Notes: a model not told the origin generated them from the letters alone. A stretch of 64,000 nt of DNA from Camelus dromedarius (GCF_036321535.1 NC_087437.1:21082001-21146000); one strand, 5' to 3'. Numbered from the stretch's first letter, positions 40,600 to 55,539 are shown. Translations and numbers: made by a program.

Positions 40600-41505
40600 G
40601 CTGAGTAGACATTTTTCCAAAGAAGACATACAGATGGCCAACAGGCGCATGAAAATTAGTTCAGCTTCACTAATTACTCAGAAAATGCAAATCAAAATCA
40701 CAATGAGAAATCACCTCACACCTGTTAGAATGGCTATTATCAAAAAGGCAAGAAATAACGAGTGTTGATAAGGATGTAAAGAAAAGGGAACCCTCAAATA
40801 CTGTCAGAGGGAATGTAAATTGGTGCAGCCACTATGGAAAACAGTATGGACATTCCTCAAAAACTAAGAATAAAACTAGCATATTATCCAGTTATCCCAC
40901 TTCGGGGTATTCATTCAAAGAATATGAAAACACTAATTTGAAAAGATATATGCACCCCTATGTTCAATGCAGCATTATTTATGATAGCCAAGATATGGAA
41001 ACAACCTGAGTGCGCATCAGTGGATGAACAGAAGTTGTGGTATATGTATATATAACATACATATATATACACACACATATGTATGTAATGGAATATTAGC
41101 CATAAAAAAGAACGAAACAATGCCATTTGCAACAACATGGATGGATCCTGAGGTTATTATACTAAGCAAAATAAATACCATATCATTCCACTCATATGTG
41201 GAATATAAAAACAAAACAAAAATCCCAAAAAACCCCACACAAAAAACATGAACAAACTATACCAAACAAAAACAAACATATTAAACACAGAGAATAGAGC
41301 AGTGGTAACCACAGGGGAAGGGGCAGTGTGGAGAAAGTGAAATGGGTAAAAGGGATCGACTATACCATGATGGATGGAAACTAAATCTTTGGTGGTGCGT
41401 ATGTTGTAGTGTATAAAGAAGTAGAAATATAACACTGTACACATGAAACATAATAACCAGTGTTACCTCAATAAATTAAAAAAAATTTTTTTAATTAAAA
41501 AAACA
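40600..41505 (+). mobile_element. 5'-truncated L1 (ORF2 end + 3'UTR + A tail)
   Basis: 'gaaaatgcaaatcaaaatcacaatgag', 'tgccatttgcaacaacatggatgga', aataaa at ~41470. Confidence 0.85.
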
Positions 41506-42228
41506 ATGCAAGCTACAAGCCTACAAGTTTAGCTAGAACAAAAGGATGTGGGAAGGTGAACCTAGTATGAGGGGTGGGACATATTAAGGAAGACTGCATA
41601 TCAGGCCAAGAGTTTGGACTTAATCCAATAGACAATGGGACCCATTAAAGTCTTTTGTCTCACAAGGAATCCTGTGCCTCAAATCAACAGAAACAACTAT
41701 GTGTCTACTATATATTTACTTTATGGCTTCTTTTCATGCTATCCAGAGTTCACACAGCAAATTAAAAACCAGCTGTCCACATTGGATAATCATTTTCACA
41801 GTGTTTATTTGTCTGGAGATGAGTTTGGTCTTCATAGAAGAGTTCTACTTGTTTCAAAATAAAGGGTCAGATTGAGCTGATTTACATCAACCTCCTGGGT
41901 GAGGAGTCCAGATGGTTTCCATTTGGTTCCAATTGGAAACAGACAAACTATTTTTATTCTCTCCTCTTTGTGGACAAGAGGTTCTGGGCCTGCTGCTTAG
42001 AGAGCTGAACTTACAATGCTGTATGAGTCAAAACCCCCATTCAGAAGCCTGACACCCTTATTATTCCTTCCAAATGCATGATTACAAGAACTGGACATTT
42101 TTACATTTAGCAGCCACTTATAAGTTGATGGACGAGGCAAAGTATTCCATTTCTATTCTTGCAGAAGGTAGATGTCTATTCAAGCCAGTCGTTCCTCAAA
42201 GCATCACTGAACAGGAAGACTCATTAGA

Positions 42229-42416
42229 TCAGTGGTTCTCAAAGTTGAGAAGCATCAGAGGCACATGGAAGTCTCATTAAGACAGACCGCTGGTCCCTGC
42301 CCTCCAAAGTTCTGAATCAGCAGGTCTGAGATAAGGCTGGAGAATTTGTATGTCTGTTAAGTTCCCTGCTGATGCTGACGCTGTTAGTTCAGGGTCCACA
42401 TTTTGAAAACCACTGC
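42229..42416. mobile_element. MER5A-like MITE
   Basis: Terminal inverted repeats cagtggttctcaaa ... tttgaaaaccactg. Confidence 0.8.
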
Positions 42417-45400
42417 TTTGGACCCGAAAGAAAACCCGATTGCCTACTCTTGATTTATTTTGCTGAGTAAAGAAAATCAGAGAGCAGAGTGAGGCTCCTA
42501 AGTGCCTCTTCTTGGCCATGGAAAGCACACAACAAACAGGGCCCAAGACCCATTTCTGTTCCAGCTTCTCTATCTCTTCTGGACCCACTCTGGCCCACCT
42601 CTGAGCCCCATGGCTCTGTACCAGGAGCTCTGTGGGAACTGTGGACTCAGGGCCTCGGGGTGACCAGCACTCACGTGGGTGATGTCTGGCTTGGCCTGTG
42701 CCTGGTCACAAGCTTGTCAGGTCCATAAAGAGCCAGAAGATAGCTGAAGACTGAAAGTCACTGAAAGGTCAACAGGAATAGCCATCTGCGGACAGCTTCT
42801 CTGTCACCCATTCAGCCAGTCCTGCCATGTCACCTCAAGGCCCCAAAGTTCTTGGAAAACCTAGCAAGGACTTAGGGGTGTCCTGTCCCTTGGGTCTGCT
42901 CCGCTTCCCAGCCCAAATCCTATACCATTGTTTCCAGTACTGTCATAACCCTCAAGGATTTAGAACTGGGAATGCCAGCATGTGACTTAGACACATACAG
43001 GGAGCAAAATCCAACCATAAAATGATCAGTCCCCAAGCTTGGGATGGATCAGACCTTTACTACAGTACCAATGCCACCCAGGTGGCAAATTCACGTCCCC
43101 AAATAAGGCATTATTGCTCATATTATCACCACAGACCATAGGAATGCTTAGTGGCATTAAGGAAGGCAAGAGTCAAGTTCAAAAGTCAAAATGTAATCTT
43201 CAAAATAGTTTTATTAGTTGCAAGTCAAGAAGTTATTAGTTATAATCCTGAACTTATTTCACTTGGGATTTTATCCTGAGCGATAGCTAAACAATGGAAA
43301 CTTTCGTGGACAGGTTCCAAGGTCCAAGGTGTGAATCATCCAACACTAACTGCACTTTGCTTCCTTAAGTCCTGCAATCAATAGAATTTATATTCTGGCT
43401 TATAAACCTCTCGTAATTACACAGGAAATCATGCATACTCCTTACGGATGGAAAGAAGCTGTTTTTACAAGTTAATAAATCAATCTCAAGAAGAAGATCC
43501 TACGGAGACCTGGCATCCACAGATGAACATTTCAGTAGTGGTGAAGCCAAACAGTCCAATGCCCACCGGAATGTGTGATGCCCACCGGTTGGTCTCAGAA
43601 GAGGCTAGAGAGTGAGGGAGAAGATGAGGAACCCCTCTGGGGACCTTCTGTTTCCATGAAAATTCATACTTAACCTTTGGGAGCTGGCTCATATGGGAAA
43701 TAGAGCTTTCTCTGGAAGGAATGAGAGGAGGTTCATCAACTGGGAAAGAGAGGGCCTTCTAGGCAAAGGGAGCCCCATGAGAAAAGGCTCAGGGTGTGAA
43801 AGTGCCTGGAGTGTTCAGCACATGGGAAGTGGGACATTCACCTCAGAGTGGTCACTGGGAGAGAGCTGGAGATATAACTGGAAAGGCCAGTGGACGCACA
43901 TGGCCAAAAGCCAAGAATGCTGTTAAGGAGTGAGAATTTCTCCTGTGCACAAAGGCGGAGCCACGATGCTTCTGAAGCAAGACGGTGACATAATAAGAAC
44001 TGGATTTTTAAGAAGAACCTTCGGCCACTTTGCAGAGCATATTTTAGAGAGACAGACATCTGGACAATGGAGGCTTTAACAGTAGTTCAGGCAGGAGAAG
44101 ATGAAGTGCAGAACCGAGGCTGCAGAGGTGGAAAGATAGTCTAGATAAACCTAGGACGGAGAACTGGCAGGACCTAGCGGCTGGTTCAATCAGGGTGGTA
44201 AAAAAGATTTTGCAATCAAAAACAATTGGGGAATCTTGGCAATTAACCAAAGAGAAAATCAGAGGAAGCTCACGGTAAGGAAGTCCATACTGTATCTGCG
44301 GTGTGGCTCCCCGGAGAGGTGTGCAGTTGTCAGAAGCATGTATCTGATCCCCAGAGGGGGAGTGGCAGAAGGGGGGACATCTTACACATGGAAGTTCGCC
44401 ACTAGACTGCACCCATTCCAGTGGTTCAGTGACTTACAAGACCTAGAAACAAAGCTGGACAGTAAAATCTGCTGTGAAGTACATGCCTCTACAACCACTG
44501 TGTCACCATGCTTCCCAGTGGATCTTCACAATGCATCCAGGAGATGAGTGTTATGATTTCTACAGCAGCAATGAAGACATTTAGGTTCAGAGAAGTGAAG
44601 TGACTTTCTGGGGAGTCACACAGCATTTCTCAGAGAGGTTTTAAAGCTGGAAATTCTGCTCACTTCAGTATATCACCCTGCCTCAGGTACAACTGGCATC
44701 GCTATACCACTGCTAAGTTCTCCAAGACAGAGGAGGGTTACTTTAAAGTAGTCATTGTTGACGAGCTTATTTTTGTTTTAAAGTAAAGAAATGGAAAATT
44801 AGGCAAAAATAGGTTGGAGTAAACACAGCTGGGGTGGATCAAGTATTACCAGGGGCTGAGCATGGACTCACCCTTATTCCAAGGAATTTGTCTTCCATCC
44901 AGAGAAAAGAATTTGGTTCTGCTTGAACTCTGGTTAGAGGCCTGGAGCAGGAAATCCCTGCGCTGAAGCAGCATCAGCTTCCCTACCCTCTAACAGGGCA
45001 CTGTGACTCACTAGAGGGCTCAATTCTGGAGAGGGACTTGGACTAGCATTTTCCAGACTGGTTCTTTTTCACGGGCCAAGATGACATTGTTACCTCTCTT
45101 ACCACCAGTTGGAGAGAGATCTGGATTGTTTTCCCATGGGGGTGCAAGTTGTACCAGGCCAATCACAAGCCAGAAAGCTCCCTTCCTCTCCAACGGCACA
45201 CATTTATGCCACGTTGGCTCAGTTAGGGGTTTAGACTGGCTGAGATCGTTTTGTTTCTTTCCTTGTAAAGCTGAGCGGCTGCACAGGAATGTGGCCTTTG
45301 GCCTATGGCCTTGGCCCCCTTGGCCTCATGCTTCATCACCACTGCTTTCTGGCATGCCAGAAGGGGGCAAAAAGAAATGAGTGCCACATGCGATCAGTAA

Positions 45401-47105
45401 CCACATTGTTAATCATTCTGGGCAGTCAACTTAACTTTTCAAAGGTGAAGAGATTTTATAAATAGAAAAATCATATTTTACTCGTGTTCATGGATTGTCT
45501 CAAGGCATTATTAACTATACTGTGCTCGGAAAAAACAAGGAACGGTGAGAGAAAAGTTTCCACTATATGACTGCACTCTACATTAATTCACTCATTCATT
45601 CAGTACAGTTAACCTACAGTGTGCCAGATATATTATTCATAATGGCTGTCGTCTGCTATCATTCCCATGCTCTGGATGTAAGGACAAATGAGATAGGGAC
45701 AAGTTAAGCTTATCCACAATAAAATGAAAGGATGGGCTAGTTTTCATCCCTCCAACTATGTTTTGAAAGAAAATAAATCCTCTCTATTTCCTTCAGCAAC
45801 CCAGCAGATTTGATTCATATCCAAATAAATCAATTGAATTTTTTTAAAGCGTTTATTTTTTTAAACTGGCAAACTAGAATGGTCCAATGTCCAAATTTAT
45901 CACCTTTCCCCAAAAAGTCAGTTCTGTTTCACTTGAAAATGTACCCTTAGTTATCATCCATTCTTCTCTCTTCCCTGCTCGTCCCACACCCTAGTTACAT
46001 TCCCTCTCAGCTTCAGGAGGGCAGGAAGTTTTGTCTCTTTTGTTCCCTGTTGGATTCCCAACACCTAGAACAGTGCCTGGCACATAAAAGGAGCTCAAAA
46101 ATATTTGTTGGATGCGGAATGAATTCAAGTACAGAAGCGTCCTGTCTAGCCCTGGGGTTAGGTTCTCAAGCAGGCTGGGCAAAATTAGTGTGTAGCTAAA
46201 TGAGCCTTTAAAATTCTTTGTCACCCATACAACATACAGATATATTATCTCTAAGTTCCATGCAGTTTCTTCCCCAGCTTTGGGACAGATCCTTGGTTTT
46301 CAGTTAAGCCCCACATGAAGTTGTTGGCTGGCGTTTAGATGGTCACATTGCACACAAAACATGGAACTTCAAACACTTGGAGGCCCCTAGGGAAGCAATC
46401 TGGCTGTGGGACTGGAGATTCAGCTCTCCTTTCTCACACTTTCTGAGTGAATTAGGCCCATGGCTCTTTTTCTCCATTCCCTTCCGTTTTTTGTTTTTGT
46501 TTTTGTTTTTGTTTCTTTTTTCTTTGCCAAACTCGTAAACCTGTAAATTAAATGTGTATATGATGCCCCCAACAGTACTGAGGCTGAACTTCGTGAAAAC
46601 TGGATAATCACAAGGGTGAACCAGACTTCAGGACCACTGAACTCGGTCATTAAGTCTACAAAGCCAGGGTGCTTCTTTCTCCTTAAATTTGTCCTTCTAG
46701 AGTTCAAAAAACGTGACAATTTTGCAGGCTTTTTTAAAGGGCTAAATCTCTGTATGAGGCTATCACTTCCCTAGGATCAGCAGACAACTCATTCATCTTC
46801 TACCAAGAGATTTCTAGAGACGTCGGTTTTCCTCTGTAGCCAAAGTAAAGGCAACAATTTAAATCTTAAATGAGATTTTCTTTCATACAGAGCAATTTTG
46901 GGCTTGCTGTTGTAAAGGATGAAGGATGCACTGAGTGTTTTTTTAAAAAGGCTTCTTAAATTATATGTATTTCCTTGACTACATTGCAAAATGCATTTAC
47001 TCACACAAGTCAAATCAGTACAATCTTAAAAAATAAAATCAACTTAGCTGTGGAGTGGGGAAACTATTGTCTAAAAATAAGAAAATACTCTAATTTATTT
47101 TGCAG

Positions 47106-47241
47106 GAATCAAGAAAAAAATTAAAGATTTGACTGAAGCTGGTCCTTGGTTAGTGAAGTTGTATTTAGCAGATAACGGCATAGATGGAAAAGGAAAAGAG
47201 GAAGAAAATAGCTTGTTGGAATTCACTCAAATTTTAACACG
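47106..47241 (+). CDS. LRR protein coding exon 7 (absent from the ORF track)
   Basis: ttttgcag acceptor. (G)IKKKIKDLTEAGPWLVKLYLADNGIDGKGKEEENSLLEFTQILT(R). Donor gtgagt, phase 1-2. Confidence 0.9.
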
Positions 47242-47989
47242 GTGAGTAGAAAATTAAGAGGCTTTACTTGTTCTCCTTCCAAAACTAGGTCTTGGGTTAA
47301 ATCATGGGGAAAATGATTTAATTGCAGCTTGTTAACAGTGCCAAGTGAGATTTTTCATCTGAGAGTGAAGTAGTGACCCATCTTGGTCTTGGTACATCAT
47401 TTTATGGGAAGACCTGAAATCACAATAATGGCATGGCAGACAGTTGTACGTAAGCCCACAAAGGGGTCTCAAAGACCTCATTAGAAGCTGCATTTTAAGA
47501 AGTTGGCAACTAAGCAAAGACAAGAGGTATGACTTCCAGATTCTTCTTTCCTACGGTCAGAATGAATGTAATGTAAGATGTAAGCAGTGTGACCTGAGGA
47601 AGAAAGGCAGTCTACTCAAGAGTGAACACTCCTTTGTGTTTGATTACAACGTTGTTCCAACCTCCTTAGGGAGAAAGAGCTATTCTCAATAGCTTCTGGA
47701 AAAAACAGACTATTTTCTTTACACATTTATCTGCACAACCTTGGACATCTCCCTATCCACTTTCCTGAATCCACATACCCAGTGGGCCAAGCCACAAGTG
47801 ATCGTTTTTAGCACTGTAAGAAAGCTTTCTGGATAAAGAGGGCTCTAAGCTACACCATCTTAGGACATCAGTACTTGAGGCAATCAAGGGCAACAGAACA
47901 CAGCCAAGATTTGAGGCTTGAGGGCTTGAAGGATGGCTGTTTATTATTTTAGAAGAAAAAGATTCCTTATCTAATATACTTTACTACCT

Positions 47990-50420
47990 TATTCAGGAAT
48001 GTTGGGAAGATTTCCAACTTGGATAGTTTTGCTATATTTTTAATAATTATACTAATAAATTTCATTTTATTAGCCTTTCAATATGATGCTAGATTTAATA
48101 TATTGCCAATGTATTATCCTTTCAGTATAGTGCTAACATTTTGTTAAGGATTTTCACATCTATTTTCATGAAGGATATTAGTTCATAGTTTTCTTGTAAT
48201 GTCTTCATCTGGTATTGGGATCAGGGTAATTCTGGCCTCACAGAATGAATTATTCCTTCCTCTTCTACTTTATGAAAGAACTTGTGTAGAACTGTCATTA
48301 TTTCAACTCTAAATAGTTGGTAGAATTCACCAGTGAAGACATCTGGACCTGGAGTTTTCTTTATGGGAATTTTTTTTTTAACTACAAATTCAATTTTTCA
48401 ATAGATAGAGGGCTATTCTGGTTATTTTTTCTTGGCTAAAGCTTTGGTAGTTTGTGTCTTTTCAGGAAATTTGTTCATGTCATTCAAGTTTTCAAATTTA
48501 TTGGCATAAAGTTATTCATATATTTCCTTCTAATCCTTCTCATGTCTGTAGTCTCTATAGTGATGTCTCTCCATGCTTGAAATTGTTTTCTTTTTTTTCC
48601 TCCAATTAATCTGGTCAGAAATTTATCAACTTTATTGATCTTAAAGAACCAGCTTTTGGTTTCATCTAATGTTTTCCTTTTTTCAATTTCATTATTTTAT
48701 CTTTATTATTTCCTTTATTGTTTACTTTGGGTATAATATGCTCTTCTCTTCCGAGTTCACTAAGGTAGAAGCTTAAGTTATTGATTTCAAATATAAATGT
48801 TTATATTAACATTGTTATTTCAAATATAAATGTTTATATTAACACTAAGCACTCTTTAATTGCATCCTACCAATTTTGATATGTTGTATTTCTGTCATTC
48901 AACTCAAGCCATTTTCTAGTTTCCCTTTTGATTTCTTCCTTGACTTATGGGTTATTTAGAAGAGTGCTGTTTAGTTTCCACATATTTGTTAATTTTTCAG
49001 ATATTTTTGTCTGGTTGATTTCTAATTAAATTCTGCTGTGGTTGGAGAACATACTTGTTCTATGGCTCAGATTACGATCAATCTTGGTAAGTGTTCCATG
49101 TGCACTTGAAAAGAATGTGCATTCTGCTGTTACTGGAGGAAAGTTCTAGAAATATCAACTAAGTCAAGATGGTCGGCAGCGTTGTTTAGGTGTTCTATAT
49201 CTATAAATTTTCTGTTTACTTGTTCTATCAATTACTGAGAGAGGGATAATTGTGACATTTATATCTCCTTGCAGTTTAATCAGTTTTACTTCATGTATTT
49301 TGAAGTTCTGTTATTAGAAACATAAACATTTAGGACTGTTAAGTCTCTTGAAGAACTGACCCTTATTATAATGAAATCCCTAGTAATATTTCTCTCTTAT
49401 CTCTGGTATTATTCCCTCCTCTGAAATCTACTTTGACTAATATTAATATAGCCACTGCAACTTTCTTTTAATTAAAATTAGCATGATATATCTGTCTGTG
49501 TCCTTTTACTTTTAACCTATCTATGTTGTTATATCCAAATTGGTTCTTGTAGACAGCATATAGTTGAGACTTTTTTTTAAAATCCATTTTGACAATCTCT
49601 GTCTTTTGTTATTTGGACTATTATATTTAATGTGATTATCAGTGTGGTTGGGTATTTAATCTATAATCATGCCATTTGTTTTCTGTTTGTCTCATTTGTT
49701 CTTTGTTCAATTTTAACTATTTTTCTGCCTCTTTTTGGACTGAGTAATATTTATAATTCCATTTTTGCCTCTTATTGTTTCATTAGCTATACGTGTCTTT
49801 TTTTTTAGTGGTTGCTATAGTGTTTATTCTTTTCCTTTTAACTTGTCACAATTTACCTTCAAGCAATATATTATTTCACTTACAGTATAAGAATCTTACA
49901 GCAGTACATTTCCACTCCCTCGCATTCTTCTTACTATTGTTGTTATATATTTTACTTTTACAAACGTTATAAATCCCAGAATACATTATCATGTTTGTTT
50001 TAAGCAGTTAATTCTTTTTTTAAATACGGGCAAAGTCTTTTATACTTATTTACATTATCATTTCTATTATTATTACTGTTTCTAGTGTTCTTCATTCCTT
50101 TGGATATATCCAAATTTCTATCTGGTATCATTTTCTTTTTATCTGTAGGACTTAATTTATACATTTCTTATAGTCCTGATCTGCTGGTGATGAATTCTCT
50201 GAGCTTTAGTATTTTTGAAAAGTATTTTTGCCTTCATTTTTAAAGTTTTTTTTCTGGATACAGAATTCTTGGTTGAAAGTTAATACTTTCAAAATGTTCT
50301 CCACTGTTTTCTGCTACATTGTTTTTGAAAAGAAGATTGCTATCACTTTTGTCTTTGTTCTTTGCAACATAATTTGTCTTTTTTCTCTGGCTGCTTTTAA
50401 GACTTTCTCTTCAGCACTCT
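47990..50420 (-). mobile_element. Old L1 fragment (ORF2 5' half and spacer), antisense to the LRR gene
   Basis: T-rich strand with reverse L1 motifs ('ggtagaattcaccagtgaag', 'ttccatgtgcacttgaaaagaatgtg'). Confidence 0.8.
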
Positions 50421-53400
50421 AGTACCCTAACCAACGTAAACTCATAAAGACAGCTTAGTCCAAATTTAACATCCATGGTCTTTGTATCATTCATCTGTTC
50501 TGGGCCTTTTCAACCTCACTCTGTCTTGTAGGCAGTGGGTGACTTTCTGATGTGATTTATGAAATGAGCTGCATGCTTACCTCAAGGACAGCTTCCCTAC
50601 CCATTTCCATCTTTGTAGATCAACCCTCATTTTCCTTCTGCACCTCTCTTAAGTGCTGACAGGCTGGTGCCCTGGAAGTAAAAGCATCATCTTTACAAGC
50701 TTTCATCCCCAACCCTGGCAAGCCCAGTTCTCAGCCAGCTGTAGAGCAAGATGGGAGATGATCAAACAGGCTCCGGGAGCATTCCGGGGAACAGATTTAT
50801 GGCTTCCTGCCTTTTATCATTGAGGGTCCTAAGTATCTACAAAGGAGGAACTCAATGGATGAATGTGGAGGCAAAGAGCTGGTCAGGGTACCTGCTTTCA
50901 AAGTCAACTCCAGGGGTCTACTTAATTGAGTATTTACATTGAGGTGGCTTATGCATATGCATTTATGTTGAGGTAAGGTTTGGTGATGGAGATTATGGGG
51001 CACTAACTACTTGCCTGCCCAGTAGCCCTGTTTGCCCTCAGTACTACATGGGTCTAGCCTCACTTTCAGATTAGCTGGTCCAGCTACAAGGGGTATCATG
51101 CCTTTTGTTTGTGAAGAGGCCTTACCTATCTCTGCTGCTTAAGCCTACCCCTGAAGGCAATTATCAGTGGATCCTTTGGGCTTAAGGCAGGAACCAAATG
51201 CTGGTTTGGGTGCAGGAAACCTGGTTCCCCCTCTCATGAACCAGGCCTCCCTCTGATTACAGTTCATCTAGTAGTGGTCTGTGGGGCTAACAGAACAGTA
51301 CAATTACTTAAGGCTGACCATTTGTCAGATTTTGTTTTCTGCCCTGACCACACTAAACATGACAGCAGAACTGGCTACAGAATTTGTAGGGACCCAGTGT
51401 AAATGCAGACTCATGGGCCCTTGTTCAGATATTATTAAGAACTTCAAGATGATGATAACAGAGCACTAAACCAAGTGAGGAGCCCTTCTGAGCACGGGGC
51501 CCAGTGCAACTGCTGGCTCTGTGTGACAGGGACGAAAATACCACTAACAAGGAGCACCAGAGCCAGGAATTCCTTCCTTGTGTTTTTTCAGTTCTGACAC
51601 TAAATACTTATATCTTTTTGGCCTCTTTTTTAAAGTGTAAATATTGAGAACTGCTGAAAATTAAAATTTTTCTTGGTATATTTGAATCATGATTCATGGT
51701 TATTTTCAAGCAAACTGCTGGAGTTCACATCTCTGCTCCATGATTTAATCTATAACTTCTCTGTATTTCAGCTCCTCATTTGCAAAAATGAAGGTAATAA
51801 TAGTGACTAACTCGAGAGACTGTTACAGGGTAAATGAGACCATATGTGTAAAGTGCTAAATATGGAGCCCAAGGCTCCAACTAGCACCTTGATACAAATG
51901 AGAAAAAGAGTCCCTCCGGGCAGATGAACTAAAAGGCACTACCTCTCATCCCCAAGGAGTCAGAGGAAGTTACCCCTTCGAGGGCTATGCTTCAGGCGCA
52001 GGACTTGGCAAGCAGAGGTTGGCTGGATTTCAGCCCTGCTCGTACCCTTGGAAGGCTTCTTTGTGCCAGGCACAAGTGCTTAAGCATGTGGGTGGCCATG
52101 ATCACATCTGACAGTGAATGCTCCGTAAAACCATGGCTCTTGTGAGGCCTGTGTAGTGTAGTGGTTAAATCCATGGCCTCTGGAATCAGACCTAGATGTA
52201 GAATTGTTGAGTTGTAAAGTTTGTCTTCAACACTCTTCACTCCTTCTGTGCATCCCTGCTTTCTTCTTGAAGCATCCCTGCTCGCCCCCATCTTGCCTGA
52301 AGGAATTGGACACAGTTGGGCAGTTCAGGAAGCCAAAGCCTGTCAAGTCCCGATTAGACAGATTGTTTCCTTGGGAGCAAGATCTTTGAGAGGCAGAGTC
52401 TGGCAGGACCATTCAGCCCTGGCCTTGAATTCTGGCTGCTGAATCAATAAAAAATGTGTACAGGGAGCAAGAAAATGGCCTTGTATTCACTACTGACTCT
52501 AACTGAAATTTCATATCCCCAGCTCATGGTAAGGGTTCAAAATTGTTTTATGGATAGTCATATGATAATTTCTTTCAGAGCAGAGGCCATATGTTAAATT
52601 CCTTTTAATCCCTGCAATGTTAGGCACATAATATACATCTAGTAAGTATGCGTTCAATATGCATACTTGGTAATGCATTTTGCAAGATGCTTCCATAGGA
52701 ACTGCTTCATTCTCTTTTTACCACAACCTTATGAAATAGGCAGAACTGCCCTTTTAAGGTCAAATTTACGGATGAGGAAGGTGAGACCCAAGAGAGCACA
52801 TGGCCTACTCATGATTACAGGGTTGACAAGAAGTACAGGCTGACCTGGAACCCAGGCCTCCCCACCTGGAGTCCATGTCCACTCATGATGCCAGAGATTC
52901 CCAAAGTCCAGTTGGCAGGCCAAGGCCAGGACATGAAGGAATTTTCAATAATCCTCAAAGAGATTAGAAAAATAAAGACAGGTGGAGTGTTCATTTTTCA
53001 TAAAGCTAAATTTACTTGATTTAAAAAGCTAGCCTTTATTTTGAGACTATGCCCTTCCTACTTTTATATAAAAATACTTATTATTGTATAGTGTTGCTAG
53101 GTGAGAGTTATTTATTTGATACGCTAGAAGTTGCCATACTGACCTCTATCTGTCCCCCCAAGTTATTTGACATTTTATTTTCTGGTGTGTAAAATCTAAA
53201 AGACTGAAACGCTCTGCACAATTACACACCATGTCTTTTGAATAAATGAATGAATGGAAGATTTAAGACAACTAAAAATCTTTATCCTACCAACTTACTT
53301 TGGAGAGGCATTCAAACTAGAGAGATTAAACTTGGGGAAAAAAAGAAAAAGCTAGATTCAGGAGGTTTGCAGTTTCAAATTGGGTCAGTGCATCATCTCT

Positions 53401-53530
53401 GAAAGGGGCGGGGGGTGGTGAGGGCAGAGAGGACCTAAAAAGAGCGAGCATACTGCAAAATAACTGGATTGAATTTCTTTGAGTAACCACGGTTGGCACA
53501 CCATTTTGCTTGGTCATTTCCTCTGGTCAG

Positions 53531-53637
53531 CCTGATCAGATACTCCACCCACTTACGAGAGCTTGACCTTGGAAACAATGTCCTGGGAGAAGCGGCGGCT
53601 GCTGACATACTTGAAGCACTGAGAGCCAGAAAGACAG
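53531..53637 (+). CDS. LRR protein coding exon 8
   Basis: ggtcag acceptor. LIRYSTHLRELDLGNNVLGEAAAADILEALRARKT is a clear RI-type LRR. Donor CAG|gtaggg, phase 2-1. Confidence 0.92.
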
Positions 53638-55539
53638 GTAGGGTGTTTCCAGTTTGTGTTCCCCTTCCCCATCCACATCCACTCCTTCCCAAATGCTGTA
53701 CGACCTACCACTTGCCCTACTTTTTCCATTAAATAATTGGCCTGAGCTATGTGATGACCAGGACCACTGTCAGAGGCTGGCCACCATTGTTTGATTTGCA
53801 CTGTGATTTGCACAAAGTTCAAGAGCTCTTAGGATGCATATGTAGTCTTTGATCTAAGCAATGAATGTTGTTAAAGTGAAATTTTCTCTATTGCTTTTTC
53901 TTCTCCCTCCTCTCTCATCCTCATCTCTTCTCTGAGGCACTCTCTCCCAGTCTCTATTCTCCTCCCCAACCCAACCTGCAAAGATTTCTCCAGAGCAGCT
54001 GGAAGACTCAAGTAATAGCCCTCATAAGATTCTGATGTGCTTCCTGGATCATCAAAGAACAGTTAAAGAGTGATTGGCATAGAGACAGCGTTAAGGGTAT
54101 TTTTATGATCATGTAATCTTTTGAAAATGACAGAATTACATATGGAACAAGCTGTTTAGTACTGGCTACACCTGTCCTCTCCTTCACAGTATGTGTGACC
54201 AAAATTAATGACGTCCACTCTTACTGCTGACCGAGAGATGAGGAAATGTCATTTTTAATGAAGCTCAGTGAAAGGCATCATAAACACATTTGAAAATTCA
54301 AATTCAGTGTTAACCAAAGAGGAGAGAAGTCTTGGTGCTCTATCTGGTAGATTATGTGGAGAGAATTAGGTGATACAAGCACCCAGTTTTTTATATTTCT
54401 ACAGTAAAATGGTCTTAGAGACATTACATAATTTTCTGTTGCAGTTTTTCAATGCTGGCAGTTTTAGAGGGAACTGTAATATTACTGTGTACCTCACTGC
54501 CACTTTTAAAGTAAAACTACTCTATTGCCATTTCTTAACAGCCATTCAAATGATTCTTAAGATTTTTAAATTATTTCTTTATTTTAGAGAAACAGAACAT
54601 CTACTTTCTAGTCCATCTGAGTTGAATTCAAATTCAACAGAATTATTCTGTTAAAATTAATTCAAATGTAACTTTAATTTAGGCTCAATAAACTGAAGGC
54701 AGGTTAATGATTTCATTTGATTTCTCATGGCACTATAGTAACCTTTTCATTAGGCACTGCACAGAAGACATTGTAAGAGTGCAGCAGTCTTCTGACCATC
54801 ACTATAGTGAGTGCTAATGATGGGTGGCGTCAGATAGTCTGACAGAGAATGATTATCATTGAGAACCATCTGGGGCTGCAAAACATTGTGCTTGCTTAGT
54901 AAATGAGTCAATTTTCATAAATGGGAAGATGATCATAAAATACCTACCTGAAAATAACTCATTTAAAAAGCATTACAAAGTAATTTCTTGTTCAAGAAAT
55001 CAGTTTTTTCCCCAAATGTGCTGGTATATATGAGTAGCTTTAATGCATCCATATTTTTGAACCAAAATAATTATGAGCCATTTCTGATGGAGTTGTTCAA
55101 TCAGATTGTTAGTCTGAACAGCGAGAAAGACTCCTCAAAACAGGGTTACCTGTTTGGATTCTATAGGGAAAATGTCTTGCCATTTAGCTCTAATGGCATC
55201 ATTTTAAACATTAAAAGCAATTAAGTGATATCATTGCTTATAGAGCTAATGTTCTTCTTCTGATTGCTTCTGTGTTCTTATCATTAGCAAGTTAACAAGC
55301 TAATTTCTGATTCTAATTCTAATTCTCTCGTGAAATCCAATCTAACAGCCTAAAGTTATTTATTTGCCTGCCAAGGAGTCCTAATGACTTTAATGATGGA
55401 ACACACAATGAAAACTTCCTCAGCAATATTAGCAACCTCACTTCTTAAAAACAAAATTAACAAGAAGACAAACTGCTATCCACATCTTACAAGCTTGTTT
55501 TCTGACAAATTAAAAAAAAAAAACAGAATACTTCAGAAT

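Noticed and set aside
54748..54845. Short inverted repeats and an ATGATG...CTGA pattern suggesting a C/D snoRNA or hairpin RNA
   Set aside because: Box C is imperfect, the spacing is too short and the stems are weak. It cannot be supported without a covariance-model search.
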